Origin: Rubripirellula sp.
GTDB lineage: Bacteria; Planctomycetota; Planctomycetia; Pirellulales; Pirellulaceae
NCBI GenBank assembly: GCA_965216875.1
Contig: OZ244207.1
Coordinates: forward strand, 2,560,001 to 2,624,000
DNA length: 64,000 bases
Direction: 5' to 3'
The notes below the pieces were generated by a model. It saw only the letters and a list, made by a program, of their open reading frames with translations, was not told where the DNA came from and made no database searches. The number at the start of each line of letters is the position of its first letter. Positions within the stretch are counted from its first letter, which is position 1. Both the position numbers and the translations under genes were made by a program. Below, in pieces: positions 48,566 to 58,606 of this stretch.

Positions 48566-50019
48566 CTCGTTCCCTCGCGGTCTTGGTCGACGGATTGTCG
48601 ATTCTTTGAACCTTGCATCAATTGTCTCAAACCACCGAAGCGGCTTGACCAGTTCCCACCATGTGTTAGTTGTAGCGCGGCCTTCAAGGTTTGGCGATCA
48701 CCCGTGTTGCGAGGTTCCAGATGAGGCAACCATTTGCCGCGGCGAACGGTCGTCACCTTCGGACGTGTCATCGCAAGCAGTCCTTCCTTTCCACGCGTCA
48801 CGCCGAAACCGCTCCGACCACAACCACCAAAGGGCAATCGCGGATCAACGGTTGGCACGATCATATCGTTGATGGTCACGCACCCAACATCCATTCCCCG
48901 AGCGAGCCCTTGGGCTTCGCCTTGCGATGCAAAAATTGAGACGCCGAGGCGATAGTTGCATTGATTGACAATGTCCGCGGCCTGCTCGAGTCGAGCGATC
49001 CTGATCATCGAAACCACGGGGGCGAAGATGTCTGAATTAGCGATCGACATGTCTGCCTTGACCTGATCCAAAACGACCGGCTTTATCGCTGCGTCACTGC
49101 GAATCGCATCTGGATCGATCACACCGACAACCGCAACCGCACCTTGGTCTCGCGCCACGTTCAACTGGTCGATCACGCCGGGAATTGCCGAAGGGTGAAT
49201 CGGCAGAGTCGATGTGTCGGACAATCGTTTCGACAGCCGCGAAATCAGTTCGTCGGCAACGCGGTCGGTTGCGACGATTCGCCGTGGGCCGATGCAAGTA
49301 GCGCCACTGTTGATGGTGAGCCCAAAGACGATTGCATCGCAAGCCCGTTCAATGTCAGCGGTGTCAGCCACAACCACTGCGTCACAGCCACTGAGTTCCA
49401 TGACGGTTGGCGTCAACGTCTTCGCCGTTTGTGCGGCAACCTTCGATCCCGTTTCGGCCGATCCGGTGAGCACAACGAGGTCGATTCCTTGATCAATGGC
49501 GTCGATCGCCGACTGCGGTGACGGGTCAAGTTGGCAAAGCGAACTTGTTGGCACGCCGCTGTTGTGCAAACAAGCAATCCACGACGCGGTGACTTGTTCG
49601 GTTCCGGGCGCGGGTTTGACGAGCACTTGGTTTCCGGCCGCTAGTGCTTGTGCGGTTTGAATCCCCGGCAGCAAGATCGGATAATTCCAAGTGCCAATGA
49701 CGAGCACCGTGCCGTGGGCAACTCGCTCGACTCGAGCTCGGTGCCCCCACATCCACAGGGGGCGACCTAACCAGCCAACCTCGCGTGGCGCAAGGACCTT
49801 CGAACCTTGCTGGCGAATGTATCGAAGCGCATCGCAGAACGGAAACAATTCACTTGTGAGTGTCTCGACGTCATCTTTCCGCTGCGGCGACCGCGAGATC
49901 TCAAGAAACTCATCAGTCCTGGCAACCACGCCCGCCGCGGCTGCCGCAACGCGTCGACAACGCTCCCGAATCGGCACGTCAGACCAGCCGTGATCTCTGT
50001 GAAATGCGGTACCTGACAA
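48562..50019 (-). CDS. Aldehyde dehydrogenase (AldH/CrtNc-like in context)
   Basis: IGTWNYP, AAGN..LVKP, LTGS, MELSG, SGATCI (catalytic Cys), PFGG..SG.G. ATGA overlap with the desaturase. Confidence 0.88.
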   Translation of the reverse strand: MSGTAFHRDHGWSDVPIRERCRRVAAAAAGVVARTDEFLEISRSPQRKDDVETLTSELFPFCDALRYIRQQGSKVLAPREVGWLGRPLWMWGHRARVERVAHGTVLVIGTWNYPILLPGIQTAQALAAGNQVLVKPAPGTEQVTASWIACLHNSGVPTSSLCQLDPSPQSAIDAIDQGIDLVVLTGSAETGSKVAAQTAKTLTPTVMELSGCDAVVVADTADIERACDAIVFGLTINSGATCIGPRRIVATDRVADELISRLSKRLSDTSTLPIHPSAIPGVIDQLNVARDQGAVAVVGVIDPDAIRSDAAIKPVVLDQVKADMSIANSDIFAPVVSMIRIARLEQAADIVNQCNYRLGVSIFASQGEAQGLARGMDVGCVTINDMIVPTVDPRLPFGGCGRSGFGVTRGKEGLLAMTRPKVTTVRRGKWLPHLEPRNTGDRQTLKAALQLTHGGNWSSRFGGLRQLMQGSKNRQSVDQDREGTR

Positions 50020-50420
50020 TGCAAAATCCCTCGTGCTGGCTCGTCATGCAGGAAGCCAATGGCTCGATCAACGCTCCTCAAACCGACCACCCGGGACGTC
50101 GGCAAGAGACGCGAGATTCGCGACTGCGACGGCAAACGTCACGCGCCGGTGAACGCTCGATCGAACGACCTCCGAGTCGATTTGAACACGTCGTTGGGGT
50201 CACTGTACAGCAGCGGTCAAAAAACTGCACAATGCGTAGCGGACAAGTAAACTATGACGGGCTAGGTGATCGAGGCCCGTCGCTTTACAATGGACCTGCA
50301 TCGCGAACGCTCGATTCGGCGTCTCGATTGCCGAAATTCGCGTATATTGGAACGTGGGTGCTCGAAAGCTTCCCGCGTTGATTCCTTCCACGCTTTCCTA
50401 CCTATTTTCGCGTTCTTGAG

Positions 50421-51719
50421 TTGTCGCCGGTGGCGGACGATTGGAATTCAGGTGTTGTTTTCTCGGAACTGACTGACGTCGGTATGCGCCGAGCCAACAA
50501 CCAGGACTCAATGGCTTCGTTGCCAGCCAAATCGGCCGATCGTTTCCAGCATCGCGGGCATCTTTTTGTTGTTGCCGACGGAATGGGGGCACACGCTGCA
50601 GGTGAACTCGCCAGCCGGATGGCGACTGAAACCATCGCGATGCACTATTTCCGCGCCTCGGAAGTCGAAGCCATCGATGCGCTGCGTTCTGCGGTGATCG
50701 AATCGAACGCCGAAATCCATCGCCGAGGCCAGCAGAATCCCGAATTTCACAACATGGGAACGACAGCCAGCTCGTTGGCCTTGATTCCCGATGGTGCCGT
50801 CGTTGCCCATGTCGGCGACTCGCGCGTCTATCGACTGCGCGGCGGAACGCTCGAACAGCTGACCTTTGACCATTCCCTCGTTTGGGAAATGGAAGCGAGC
50901 GGACAGGTGCATCCCGAAAGCGCGTTGGGGCAATCGATTCCGCGCAACGTCATCACGCGATCGCTTGGTCCCAATGCCGAAGTTCAAGTCGATGTCGAAG
51001 GCCCGTTTCCTGTTCAAAAAGGGGACGTGTTCCTTTTGTGCAGTGACGGACTGACCGGTTTGGTCGAAGACACCGAGATTGGCACGCTCATGGATTGCTT
51101 GCCGGAAGAGCTTGCCACTCGCGTGTTGGTCGACCTGGCCAATCTTCGTGGCGGCCCGGACAACACAACCGTGATCATTGTTCGTGTCGCGGATGAACTG
51201 GATTCGCATTCCGCTCGATCCTCTAAGCGAGGCGGCGACAAAGGTGGCAACACCTTCCTGTACCTCTTGGCAACCGCGATCGTCTGTGCATTGGTGGCCG
51301 TGTTGCTGGGCGTGATCGGGGAAATTGGCCCCATGATCGTCGCCTTCATCATGGGATTGATCGCGACCGGTTTCGCGATCGCTCATCAAGTCAATGCTTC
51401 ACGCCACCAACATCAAAACCCCCTTCCAAAGGTTTCGGGAGGCAATGGCCCTTACCGATCCTACAACGCCACCGCTTCAAGTGAGCTCTACCAACGACTT
51501 GGCGAAACCGTCCAGGAGTTGCGCGCGGCAGCGACCGACCGAAATTGGATGATGGACTGGAAGCGAATTGATGGTTTTCAGAAGAAAGGCCAAGAGGCAC
51601 TCAAACGCCGCGATGCGAAAAAAGCAATTCGCTATCAAGCCGAGGCCATCATTGAAACGATGAACCAGCTTCGCGAGCAAAACAATCGGGCCGCCAACGA
51701 AACGGCAATCGACCACTAA
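50421..51719 (+). CDS. PP2C/PPM family Ser/Thr phosphatase with two TM helices and a C-terminal extension
   Basis: TDVGMRRANNQD, VADGMG, MGTT, HVGDSR, LCSDGL, GGPDNTT. Confidence 0.93.
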   Translation: MSPVADDWNSGVVFSELTDVGMRRANNQDSMASLPAKSADRFQHRGHLFVVADGMGAHAAGELASRMATETIAMHYFRASEVEAIDALRSAVIESNAEIHRRGQQNPEFHNMGTTASSLALIPDGAVVAHVGDSRVYRLRGGTLEQLTFDHSLVWEMEASGQVHPESALGQSIPRNVITRSLGPNAEVQVDVEGPFPVQKGDVFLLCSDGLTGLVEDTEIGTLMDCLPEELATRVLVDLANLRGGPDNTTVIIVRVADELDSHSARSSKRGGDKGGNTFLYLLATAIVCALVAVLLGVIGEIGPMIVAFIMGLIATGFAIAHQVNASRHQHQNPLPKVSGGNGPYRSYNATASSELYQRLGETVQELRAAATDRNWMMDWKRIDGFQKKGQEALKRRDAKKAIRYQAEAIIETMNQLREQNNRAANETAIDH

Positions 51720-51726
51720 CGACGCG

Positions 51727-51863
51727 CCTATCTTCGTAGTGGACGAGGCTACGAGTCCTCCCTTCCGCACATCTTCCTATCTTCGTAGTGGACGAGGCAA
51801 CGAGTCCTCCCTTCCGCACATCTTCCTATCTTCGTAGTGGACGAGGCAACGAGTCCTCCCTTC
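51727..51863 (+). repeat. 49-bp tandem repeat (about 2.8 copies), each carrying REP family D (GTAGTGGACGAGGC(T/A)ACGAGTCC)
   Basis: GTAG heads at 51736, 51785 and 51834. Units are identical except at one position. Confidence 0.9.
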
Positions 51864-52097
51864 TTTCTGCACCTGAGCCGAGATCCCCTAAACGGCCAGC
51901 TTTGAACGCGATGCCACTTGGCAAACGGCCCCAGACCTCACAGCCAGCGGCCCACTGGAACTGCGAATTCACCGGCGATTCAGCGTCAAAACCGCGGTTG
52001 CTAGCATCGTCAATTCCTCTACCGCCCAAGGTGTGTGGTTTGCTACAGACGGCAGCAGAATTAGAGAGTTGTCCTGACGCCGTGTTTCTGCCCCATC

Positions 52098-53294
52098 ATG
52101 CCCACCCGCCTGACCCGTTACATCCTGATTGAGATCCTTAAGATCTTTGTCGTCGCGCTCGTTGCGTTGACGCTCTTGATCCTGATGATTGGGATTGGTC
52201 GAGAGTTGTTGCGGCGGGGGTTGGGGCCGGTCGCGGTGGTTCAGCTGTTGCCTTACGTGCTGCCCATCTCGTTGCAGTTTGCGTTTCCAGCGACGGCGTT
52301 ATTCTCGGTTTGTTGTGTCTATGGCCGCATGGCCGCGGACGGTGAAGTCGCGACGGTCAAAGCGTCCGGCGTTTCGCCTCTAAAACTCCTCCAACCTGCA
52401 ATCGTGTTTGCAGCGCTCTTGAGCCCTGCGGCAGTTGCGGTTTCGGACCTCGCTGTCTCATGGGGCCGGCCCGGCGTCAACCGTGTGGTGCTACGATCAA
52501 TCGAAGACATCGCCTACAGATGGTTGCAGAACGAACATTCCTATACTTCGGATCATGGCTTTTCGATCCATGTCAGCGAGGTGGTCGGTGAGCGATTGAT
52601 CAGTCCTGTGGTAGCGATCCACAACGGCGGCAAGAACGGACCGATCAAGCTTTCGGCAACCGAGGGGCAGCTGCGATTTGACGAAGAGACCGAAACGCTC
52701 ATCTTGATGGTGGTCGACAGCAAGGTCGAAGTGGGACACCTGCTTCATAGCACTTGGCCTGGCGAGGCGGAGTTTCCGATCCCCCTTTCAGGAGCGATGG
52801 GTGATCGCGATGTTCAGCACATGAGCCCAAGTGAGCTTCCGCTGCGGCTGATTCGCAGCGAGCGGCTTCGGCAAGACACGCGGACGCATGCTGCCGTCGG
52901 CCAAATGGCGGCCAACACCGGCTTTGCCATCTTGTCGTCACGAAAAGAAGCCATCGCCGGGCCGACCGGTCAAGCGATTGAGCACCACCTCAAGCACAGT
53001 CGCAAGCGATTGAACCGCCTTCACACCGAACCTTGGCGGCGGTGGGCCGAGGGGTTCAGTTGCTTCTTCTTTGTGCTCGTCGGAGCGCCGCTGGCAATGA
53101 TTGCCAAGACAAGCGACTATTGGACGACGTTCGGTCTTTGCTTTCTCCCGACGCTGCTGCTGTACTATCCGCTTTTCATTTTCGGCCTCGAGCAGGCGAA
53201 AGATGGCGTGGTCCCACCCTACGGTGTTTGGCTGGGCAACGGCATCCTGGCAATGATTGGGGTGGTTCTCATCGCCCGGGTTAGACGCTACTAG
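52098..53294 (+). CDS. LptF/LptG family permease
   Basis: RLTRYIL.E, LP..L..A.P, YGRMAADGE...KASGVS, C-terminal TMs. Confidence 0.88.
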   Translation: MPTRLTRYILIEILKIFVVALVALTLLILMIGIGRELLRRGLGPVAVVQLLPYVLPISLQFAFPATALFSVCCVYGRMAADGEVATVKASGVSPLKLLQPAIVFAALLSPAAVAVSDLAVSWGRPGVNRVVLRSIEDIAYRWLQNEHSYTSDHGFSIHVSEVVGERLISPVVAIHNGGKNGPIKLSATEGQLRFDEETETLILMVVDSKVEVGHLLHSTWPGEAEFPIPLSGAMGDRDVQHMSPSELPLRLIRSERLRQDTRTHAAVGQMAANTGFAILSSRKEAIAGPTGQAIEHHLKHSRKRLNRLHTEPWRRWAEGFSCFFFVLVGAPLAMIAKTSDYWTTFGLCFLPTLLLYYPLFIFGLEQAKDGVVPPYGVWLGNGILAMIGVVLIARVRRY

Positions 53295-53667
53295 GCGGAT
53301 CGTGGGCGGTCTATCGCCGCTGGAATAATCGCGCCAATGTGCCCGTCGATGGTGCTCGCTCCGGTGCCTGGATTCCGATTCATCTACGTCAGGGCTTGAA
53401 ATCCCCTCATCACGACTAAACTAACCGTCGAACGACTTTGCTAGACCACCTCAGCGGGGGTCGCGTCAAACCCTGTATTTTCTGCGTTTTCCACGCTGCA
53501 GCCGGTACCAACTGACATCACGCAAGCGTTCTCGTGGCGGACCAATGCGGTCCCTCACGCGTTTCTTGAGAGTGCGGCTGAAATTGTTTTTTCGGTGGCA
53601 GCTTTCCCATACTGTTCAAACGACTACCCCTGCGTTCTCAGGCTTGAATGCAGGACAGGAGCCCTCG

Positions 53668-54996
53668 ATGGTTGCCAATCGCGATGCATTTTTGTCGGCC
53701 GTCCAACAACGCGAGTGCACGATCGGCGTGATCGGCCTGGGCTATGTTGGCTTGCCTCTGATCGACGCCTTTACCAACGCAGGCTTTCGATGCCTTGGCT
53801 TTGACGTCGACAGCCAAAAGGTGGATGCCTTGAAGGCGGGCAAGAGCTACATCAAGCACATTGACGACGAAAAGATCGCCGCGTGGCACGACAAAGGCCT
53901 GTTTGACGCCACCGACGACATGAAGCGTCTCAGTGAACCCGACGCTTTGCTCATTTGCGTCCCAACCCCATTGGACGACGCGCGTGACCCCGACCTGAAG
54001 TACGTCGAAGGGACCTGCGAAAAGATTGGTGCGGTGATTCGTGCGGGACAATTGGTTGTACTGGAAAGTACGACCTACCCAACGACCACTCGCGACGTAA
54101 TGATTCCACTGCTCGAGCAAAACGGCCTGAAGGCCGGAGACGACTTCTTTGTCGCCTACAGTCCCGAACGCGAAGATCCAGGCAACCCAGACTTTAGCGC
54201 CGCTGGCATCCCTAAGGTGGTCGGTGCCATCAACGACGACAGCCTTCAATGTGCAAGCGAACTTTACAAGTCAGCCGTTGCGGGTGTGATCCCGGTTAGC
54301 AGCTGCGAGGTCGCTGAAGCCTGTAAGGTGCTTGAGAACATTTACCGCGCCGTCAACATCGCACTGGTCAACGAACTCAAGACGATCTTTGACTCGATGG
54401 ACATTGATGTCTGGGAAGTCATCAATGCGGCAAAGACCAAGCCGTTCGGTTTCCAGGCCTTCTATCCCGGTCCTGGTCTTGGCGGCCACTGTATTCCCAT
54501 CGACCCCTTCTATCTTTCGTGGCTGGCACGAAAGCAGGGGATGAACGCACGATTCATCGAACTCGCTGGCGAAGTCAATCGCGCGATGCCGGAATACGTC
54601 GTCAGTCGAACATCGCAGTTCCTCAATGAAGCCAGCAAACCGATTCGCGGCAGCAAGATTTGTATGCTTGGCGTCGCTTACAAGAAAGACGTTGATGATC
54701 CTCGCGAAAGCCCGTCGTTCGAATTGATGGAACTGTTGCTGGAACTGGGCGCCGATTTGACCTACAGCGACCCGCACGTGCCATCGTTGCCGAGCATGCG
54801 ACACTATGATCTTCCAGCAATGGAAAGCCAGGAACTGACCCCCGAGTTCTTGGCGTCGCAAGATGCTGTGTTGATCGCGACCGACCACACGGCGTTCGAC
54901 TACGATGGCATCGTGAAAAACGCTTCCCTCGTTGTGGACACGCGCAACGCAACAGCAAACGTCACCCAAGGACGCGAGAAAATTCGCAAGACGTGA
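53668..54996 (+). CDS. Nucleotide-sugar dehydrogenase (UDP-GlcNAc/ManNAc 6-dehydrogenase, WbpA/WecC-like)
   Basis: GLGYVGLP, ICVPTP, LESTTYP, YSPEREDPGN, GGHCIPIDP, AYKKDVDDPRESP. ATG at 53668 after AGGAG. Confidence 0.93.
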   Translation: MVANRDAFLSAVQQRECTIGVIGLGYVGLPLIDAFTNAGFRCLGFDVDSQKVDALKAGKSYIKHIDDEKIAAWHDKGLFDATDDMKRLSEPDALLICVPTPLDDARDPDLKYVEGTCEKIGAVIRAGQLVVLESTTYPTTTRDVMIPLLEQNGLKAGDDFFVAYSPEREDPGNPDFSAAGIPKVVGAINDDSLQCASELYKSAVAGVIPVSSCEVAEACKVLENIYRAVNIALVNELKTIFDSMDIDVWEVINAAKTKPFGFQAFYPGPGLGGHCIPIDPFYLSWLARKQGMNARFIELAGEVNRAMPEYVVSRTSQFLNEASKPIRGSKICMLGVAYKKDVDDPRESPSFELMELLLELGADLTYSDPHVPSLPSMRHYDLPAMESQELTPEFLASQDAVLIATDHTAFDYDGIVKNASLVVDTRNATANVTQGREKIRKT

Positions 54997-56114
54997 GTGG
55001 CGATCGCCTTGAAGTTCTTGCCGTCGAACCTTTTTTCGGCGGCAGCCACCGAGCCTTTCTCGAGGCGGTTTGTCGCCAAAGCCGCCATCGCTGGACGCTT
55101 CTCACCAGCAAGCCGCTGCATTGGAAATGGCGCTATCGTGTTGCGCCGTGGGAGCTCGCAAAAGCTGCCGCGGACATCGAAAGACCCGATGTCGTTTTTT
55201 GCAGCAGCATGTTGGATCTGCCAGCGTGGCGCGGCCACAGCCGCAAAGTCGATGTCATGCACGCGCCCACGGTCACGTACTTCCACGAAAGCCAGTGGTC
55301 GTACCCTCTCCATCCCAGCGCAAAACCCGATCACCAATATGGCTATGCGAACCTGATCACCGCACTTGAATCCGATGAGTGTTGGTTCAATTCGCACTAC
55401 CACCGTGATGATTTTCTTCGCGAGTCAAAGTCGTTCGTGAAACGCATGCCTGATTCTCAGGAACTCTTTGACTTTGACGCACTCGCCAAGCGAAGCCGAG
55501 TGATCTATCCCGGATTCGATCCGCCCGAGATCCAGCGTCCTGTGACTGCCTCCACCGAGCCCACAGGAGAGGAACGTCCATTACGAATCGGTTGGGTTTC
55601 TCGCTGGGAACACGACAAACAGCCCGATCAATTCCTCGAGCTACTCAAACGGATTCACCAAGACGGCATCGAATACGAACTGATCCTTTGCGGTGCACGC
55701 CCCCGTGTGATGCCCCAGGAACATCAGCAGATCGTCGACTTGGCAGGCCCGAGACTCGTTGCCGATGCCTATGCGGCAACACGAAAGGAGTACTGGAATC
55801 GGCTCGGTCAAATGGACGTGGTGGTTTCCACAGCGGCACATGAGTTTTACGGAATCGCTGTGTGCGAAGCGATTTGGGCCGGTGCAGTGGCGATCCTACC
55901 GAACCGACTGAGCTATCCCGAACTTGTCTCTCAAGAGTGCTTGTATGAAAGCCTTGATCATGGAGCCGAGATAATCTCAGCGCTGAGAAACCGACAGCAA
56001 AGAGAGCAAATCCAAGCGGACCAACGAGATCGAATGCGAGCGCATATGTGCAGCCACACGGTCAAGCAGATCGACGATCAATTGGTAGCCGTTTCCAGGC
56101 AAAACCGAAAATGA
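54993..56114 (+). CDS. DUF3524-containing GT4-like glycosyltransferase (GTDC1/QTMAN-like)
   Basis: EPFFGGSH, HWKWR, YFHESQ..YP, FNS.YH, RWEHDK, HEFYGIAV.EA, PNRLSYPE. GTGA overlap with the upstream gene. Confidence 0.85.
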   Translation: MSGDRLEVLAVEPFFGGSHRAFLEAVCRQSRHRWTLLTSKPLHWKWRYRVAPWELAKAAADIERPDVVFCSSMLDLPAWRGHSRKVDVMHAPTVTYFHESQWSYPLHPSAKPDHQYGYANLITALESDECWFNSHYHRDDFLRESKSFVKRMPDSQELFDFDALAKRSRVIYPGFDPPEIQRPVTASTEPTGEERPLRIGWVSRWEHDKQPDQFLELLKRIHQDGIEYELILCGARPRVMPQEHQQIVDLAGPRLVADAYAATRKEYWNRLGQMDVVVSTAAHEFYGIAVCEAIWAGAVAILPNRLSYPELVSQECLYESLDHGAEIISALRNRQQREQIQADQRDRMRAHMCSHTVKQIDDQLVAVSRQNRK

Positions 56115-56207
56115 AGCTTCTGTTTAGGGCCAGAAATCACCATTCCACTACGGTGATGCGAGTGTTCAAATGCATGCAGAAAGCTTCGCATCTGTTCGCC
56201 GAAAACG

Positions 56208-57032
56208 ATGAGCAAGAACCTACTCCGACGTACCAAAAACGCTTGCGGTCGATTTTACTGGTGGTTCTTTTACAAGAATGCTCTCGCGGGCAGAGTCGTC
56301 GAACTTCTGGGCAATCGAGGTCGTGTTGCGGGCATGACCTTTGACCTCGACAACCCGTACATTGCAACGTTTCTCAAGAGCCGTTTTCTTTTTCGAACGT
56401 ACGAAGATGGCGCCGAAGAACTGATTTCTCGTCACCTCAACTCAGCTCTTCCTGTGATTGAGTTTGGAGGCTGCATCGGCGTCATCTCCTGCCTGACCAA
56501 CCGAGCGCTCAACGACCCCAAGCAACATATTGTCGTCGAAGCACAACCGTTTCTCATTAAGACGCTTGAAACAAACCGCGACCAAAACCAATGCCAATTT
56601 AAGGTCACTCACGCTGCATTGGCCTATGGCTCAGACTCCGTCGACTTCTGGATCAATCCCAACTACTTCATTGGCAACAGCACCACGCCGAGGAACGGCG
56701 GCCAAACTGTACAGGTACCTTCCGTGTCGCTCAAGAAACTCATGGACGAGAGTGGCTTCGACAGAATCACCTTGATCGTTGACGTCGAAGGGGCCGAAAC
56801 GGAGTTGGTGGACTACGAACTTGAATTGATGTCCCAGGTCGTCGACACCCTCATCATTGAACTTCATCCCGCCGAATGGGGCGCAGGGCGCGAAGCGATA
56901 GAGAAGCTAAAAAACCAATTGAGTCACGCCGGTTTCACCGAAGTGGCTCGCGTAAAGACAGATTTCGTTTACCACAACACGGCGTTCAGCCGACCTGACG
57001 CATTTGACGGATATCCCCGGACGGATCCTTAG
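56208..57032 (+). CDS. FkbM family SAM-dependent methyltransferase
   Basis: VIEFGGCIG, VEA.P, VDVEGAE, IIELH. Confidence 0.85.
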   Translation: MSKNLLRRTKNACGRFYWWFFYKNALAGRVVELLGNRGRVAGMTFDLDNPYIATFLKSRFLFRTYEDGAEELISRHLNSALPVIEFGGCIGVISCLTNRALNDPKQHIVVEAQPFLIKTLETNRDQNQCQFKVTHAALAYGSDSVDFWINPNYFIGNSTTPRNGGQTVQVPSVSLKKLMDESGFDRITLIVDVEGAETELVDYELELMSQVVDTLIIELHPAEWGAGREAIEKLKNQLSHAGFTEVARVKTDFVYHNTAFSRPDAFDGYPRTDP

Positions 57033-57191
57033 CACCAGTTTGAGAAGCAATCGCCGCAACATCGAACTAATCGCGTGCGGTTCCCAAGTCGCTGCGATGG
57101 GATGAATCTCAAGAAAGCTGAGCCGCCGACAACGCCGCGTTCGAAACCAATAGGGATCCGTTAGCTTATCCTTCCTCCCAACCAAGCGATC

Positions 57192-58145
57192 GTGATGTCT
57201 GTTAGCAAAACCGCTGCGCTGGCCCTTCTCCTCGCGCTCACCGCTTCCGTACCCGCCCAGGCCGATTGGTTCGGCAAACGCTTTTGTAACCTTGGCGCCG
57301 GTGGCGGCACCCATTGCGACACGCCTCTTTGTGACGGCGGTTGCGACGGCGCAAACTGTGATCGATATACAGGTCGCGCCTTCTTGTTTGGTTGGCCTTG
57401 TTCAACCGCCCAAAATCTGAGGATCAACCTTTCGGAACCGCTGTCGACCGATCGACCCGATTTCACCGAAGCGAGTCGCACCGTTGGTCTCGGCGTCACC
57501 CAGCTTGAAATGGGCTACACCTACACGACGGATGACGAAGGTGGTCGGACCAACCAACACACCTACCCCGAGCTTCTGGTTCGGCATGGGATCTTTCGTG
57601 ATTGGCTAGAACTCCGGCTCGCCTACACCGCCAACTCGTTCGATACGCCGGTCACGAGCGGAACGGGCAGCGAAGACTTGTACCTCGGCCTCAAGATTGG
57701 CCTCACGCCACAATACGGCTATTTGCCGGAAATGGCACTCATTCCTCAGATGACCGTCCCAAGCGGAAGTCGTGATCTCACCAGCGACAAAGTCCTTGGT
57801 GGATTGAATTGGATCTATGCCTGGGAAGTTTGCGACTGGCTTAGCATCGCTGGAAGCACACAGTTCAATCGCACGTTGGACGAATCGACCGGCAAAGAGT
57901 ACACCCAATGGGCACGGTCGGCCGTTGCAGGTTTTGCCTTGACTGACACGATCGGAGCGTACACCGAGTACTTTGGCTTTTACCCGCATCGTGCCGACGA
58001 TGATCCCGTCGAGCATTACCTCAACGGTGGATTCACGAAGCTCTTTGGCAACAACGTCCAATGGGACGTTCGCGCGGGAATGGGACTCACGCGTGACTCG
58101 GACGACTTCTTCGTGGGAACCGGTTTGACCGTTCGGTTCCTCTAG
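57192..58145 (+). CDS. Outer-membrane beta-barrel 'transporter' (Phenol_MetA_deg-like)
   Basis: Signal peptide, Cys-rich linker, TDRPDFTEAS..V..G..QLE.GY, aromatic C-terminus. Confidence 0.82.
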   Translation: MMSVSKTAALALLLALTASVPAQADWFGKRFCNLGAGGGTHCDTPLCDGGCDGANCDRYTGRAFLFGWPCSTAQNLRINLSEPLSTDRPDFTEASRTVGLGVTQLEMGYTYTTDDEGGRTNQHTYPELLVRHGIFRDWLELRLAYTANSFDTPVTSGTGSEDLYLGLKIGLTPQYGYLPEMALIPQMTVPSGSRDLTSDKVLGGLNWIYAWEVCDWLSIAGSTQFNRTLDESTGKEYTQWARSAVAGFALTDTIGAYTEYFGFYPHRADDDPVEHYLNGGFTKLFGNNVQWDVRAGMGLTRDSDDFFVGTGLTVRFL

Positions 58146-58154
58146 GAGCCATTC

Positions 58155-58574
58155 CTATTCCGAGTAGACGAAGTTGATGGGCGCGTCGATGTCGGGGTGC
58201 AAACTTTGGTGCACCGGACATTTCCGCGCCGCAGCCTCGAGCCGCTTTCTCATGTCGGCATCTTCAATCGCGCCGGGTAAGAGGGTGACCGTCGTCGGCA
58301 GTCGACCGATCCGACGAATGGGATCGGTCACCATCTCTTTACTGACATGAACTTTGGTGCCTTTGAGATCAAGACCATGCCGCTCGGCGACGAGCGCCAA
58401 AATGGTCATTACACAGGTTCCGAGTGCGGTTGCGACCAAATCGGTGGGCGAAAACGACTTGCCTTGCCCACCGTTATCAACTGGCGGATCGGTAAACAAT
58501 TCAATGCCACTTGGTCCGTGCTTGGCATCCACGCGCAAGTCGCCAGCATAAACCGCATCAATCTCAACAGCCAT
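58155..58574 (-). CDS. OsmC/Ohr family protein
   Basis: TDPPVDNGGQG.SFSPTDL.A.ALGTC...KCPVH. Confidence 0.93.
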   Translation of the reverse strand: MAVEIDAVYAGDLRVDAKHGPSGIELFTDPPVDNGGQGKSFSPTDLVATALGTCVMTILALVAERHGLDLKGTKVHVSKEMVTDPIRRIGRLPTTVTLLPGAIEDADMRKRLEAAARKCPVHQSLHPDIDAPINFVYSE

Positions 58575-58606
58575 CGTTCAACATCCCTATCTTACTTCTT
58601 CAATGA

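Noticed and set aside
51727..51863. Possible mini-CRISPR array
   Set aside because: The intervening sequences are identical rather than unique spacers, there are no cas genes, and the unit carries a GTAG REP.
53295..53667. Long spacer as possible ncRNA, riboswitch or ops/JUMPstart element
   Set aside because: No recognisable tRNA, riboswitch or GGCGGTAG motif. An Rfam/Infernal search would be needed to exclude this formally.
57290..57410. Cys-rich stretch in the beta-barrel protein as a metal or heme site
   Set aside because: No CxxCH motif. Cys/Gly/Asp-rich linkers after signal peptides are common in planctomycete outer-membrane proteins.
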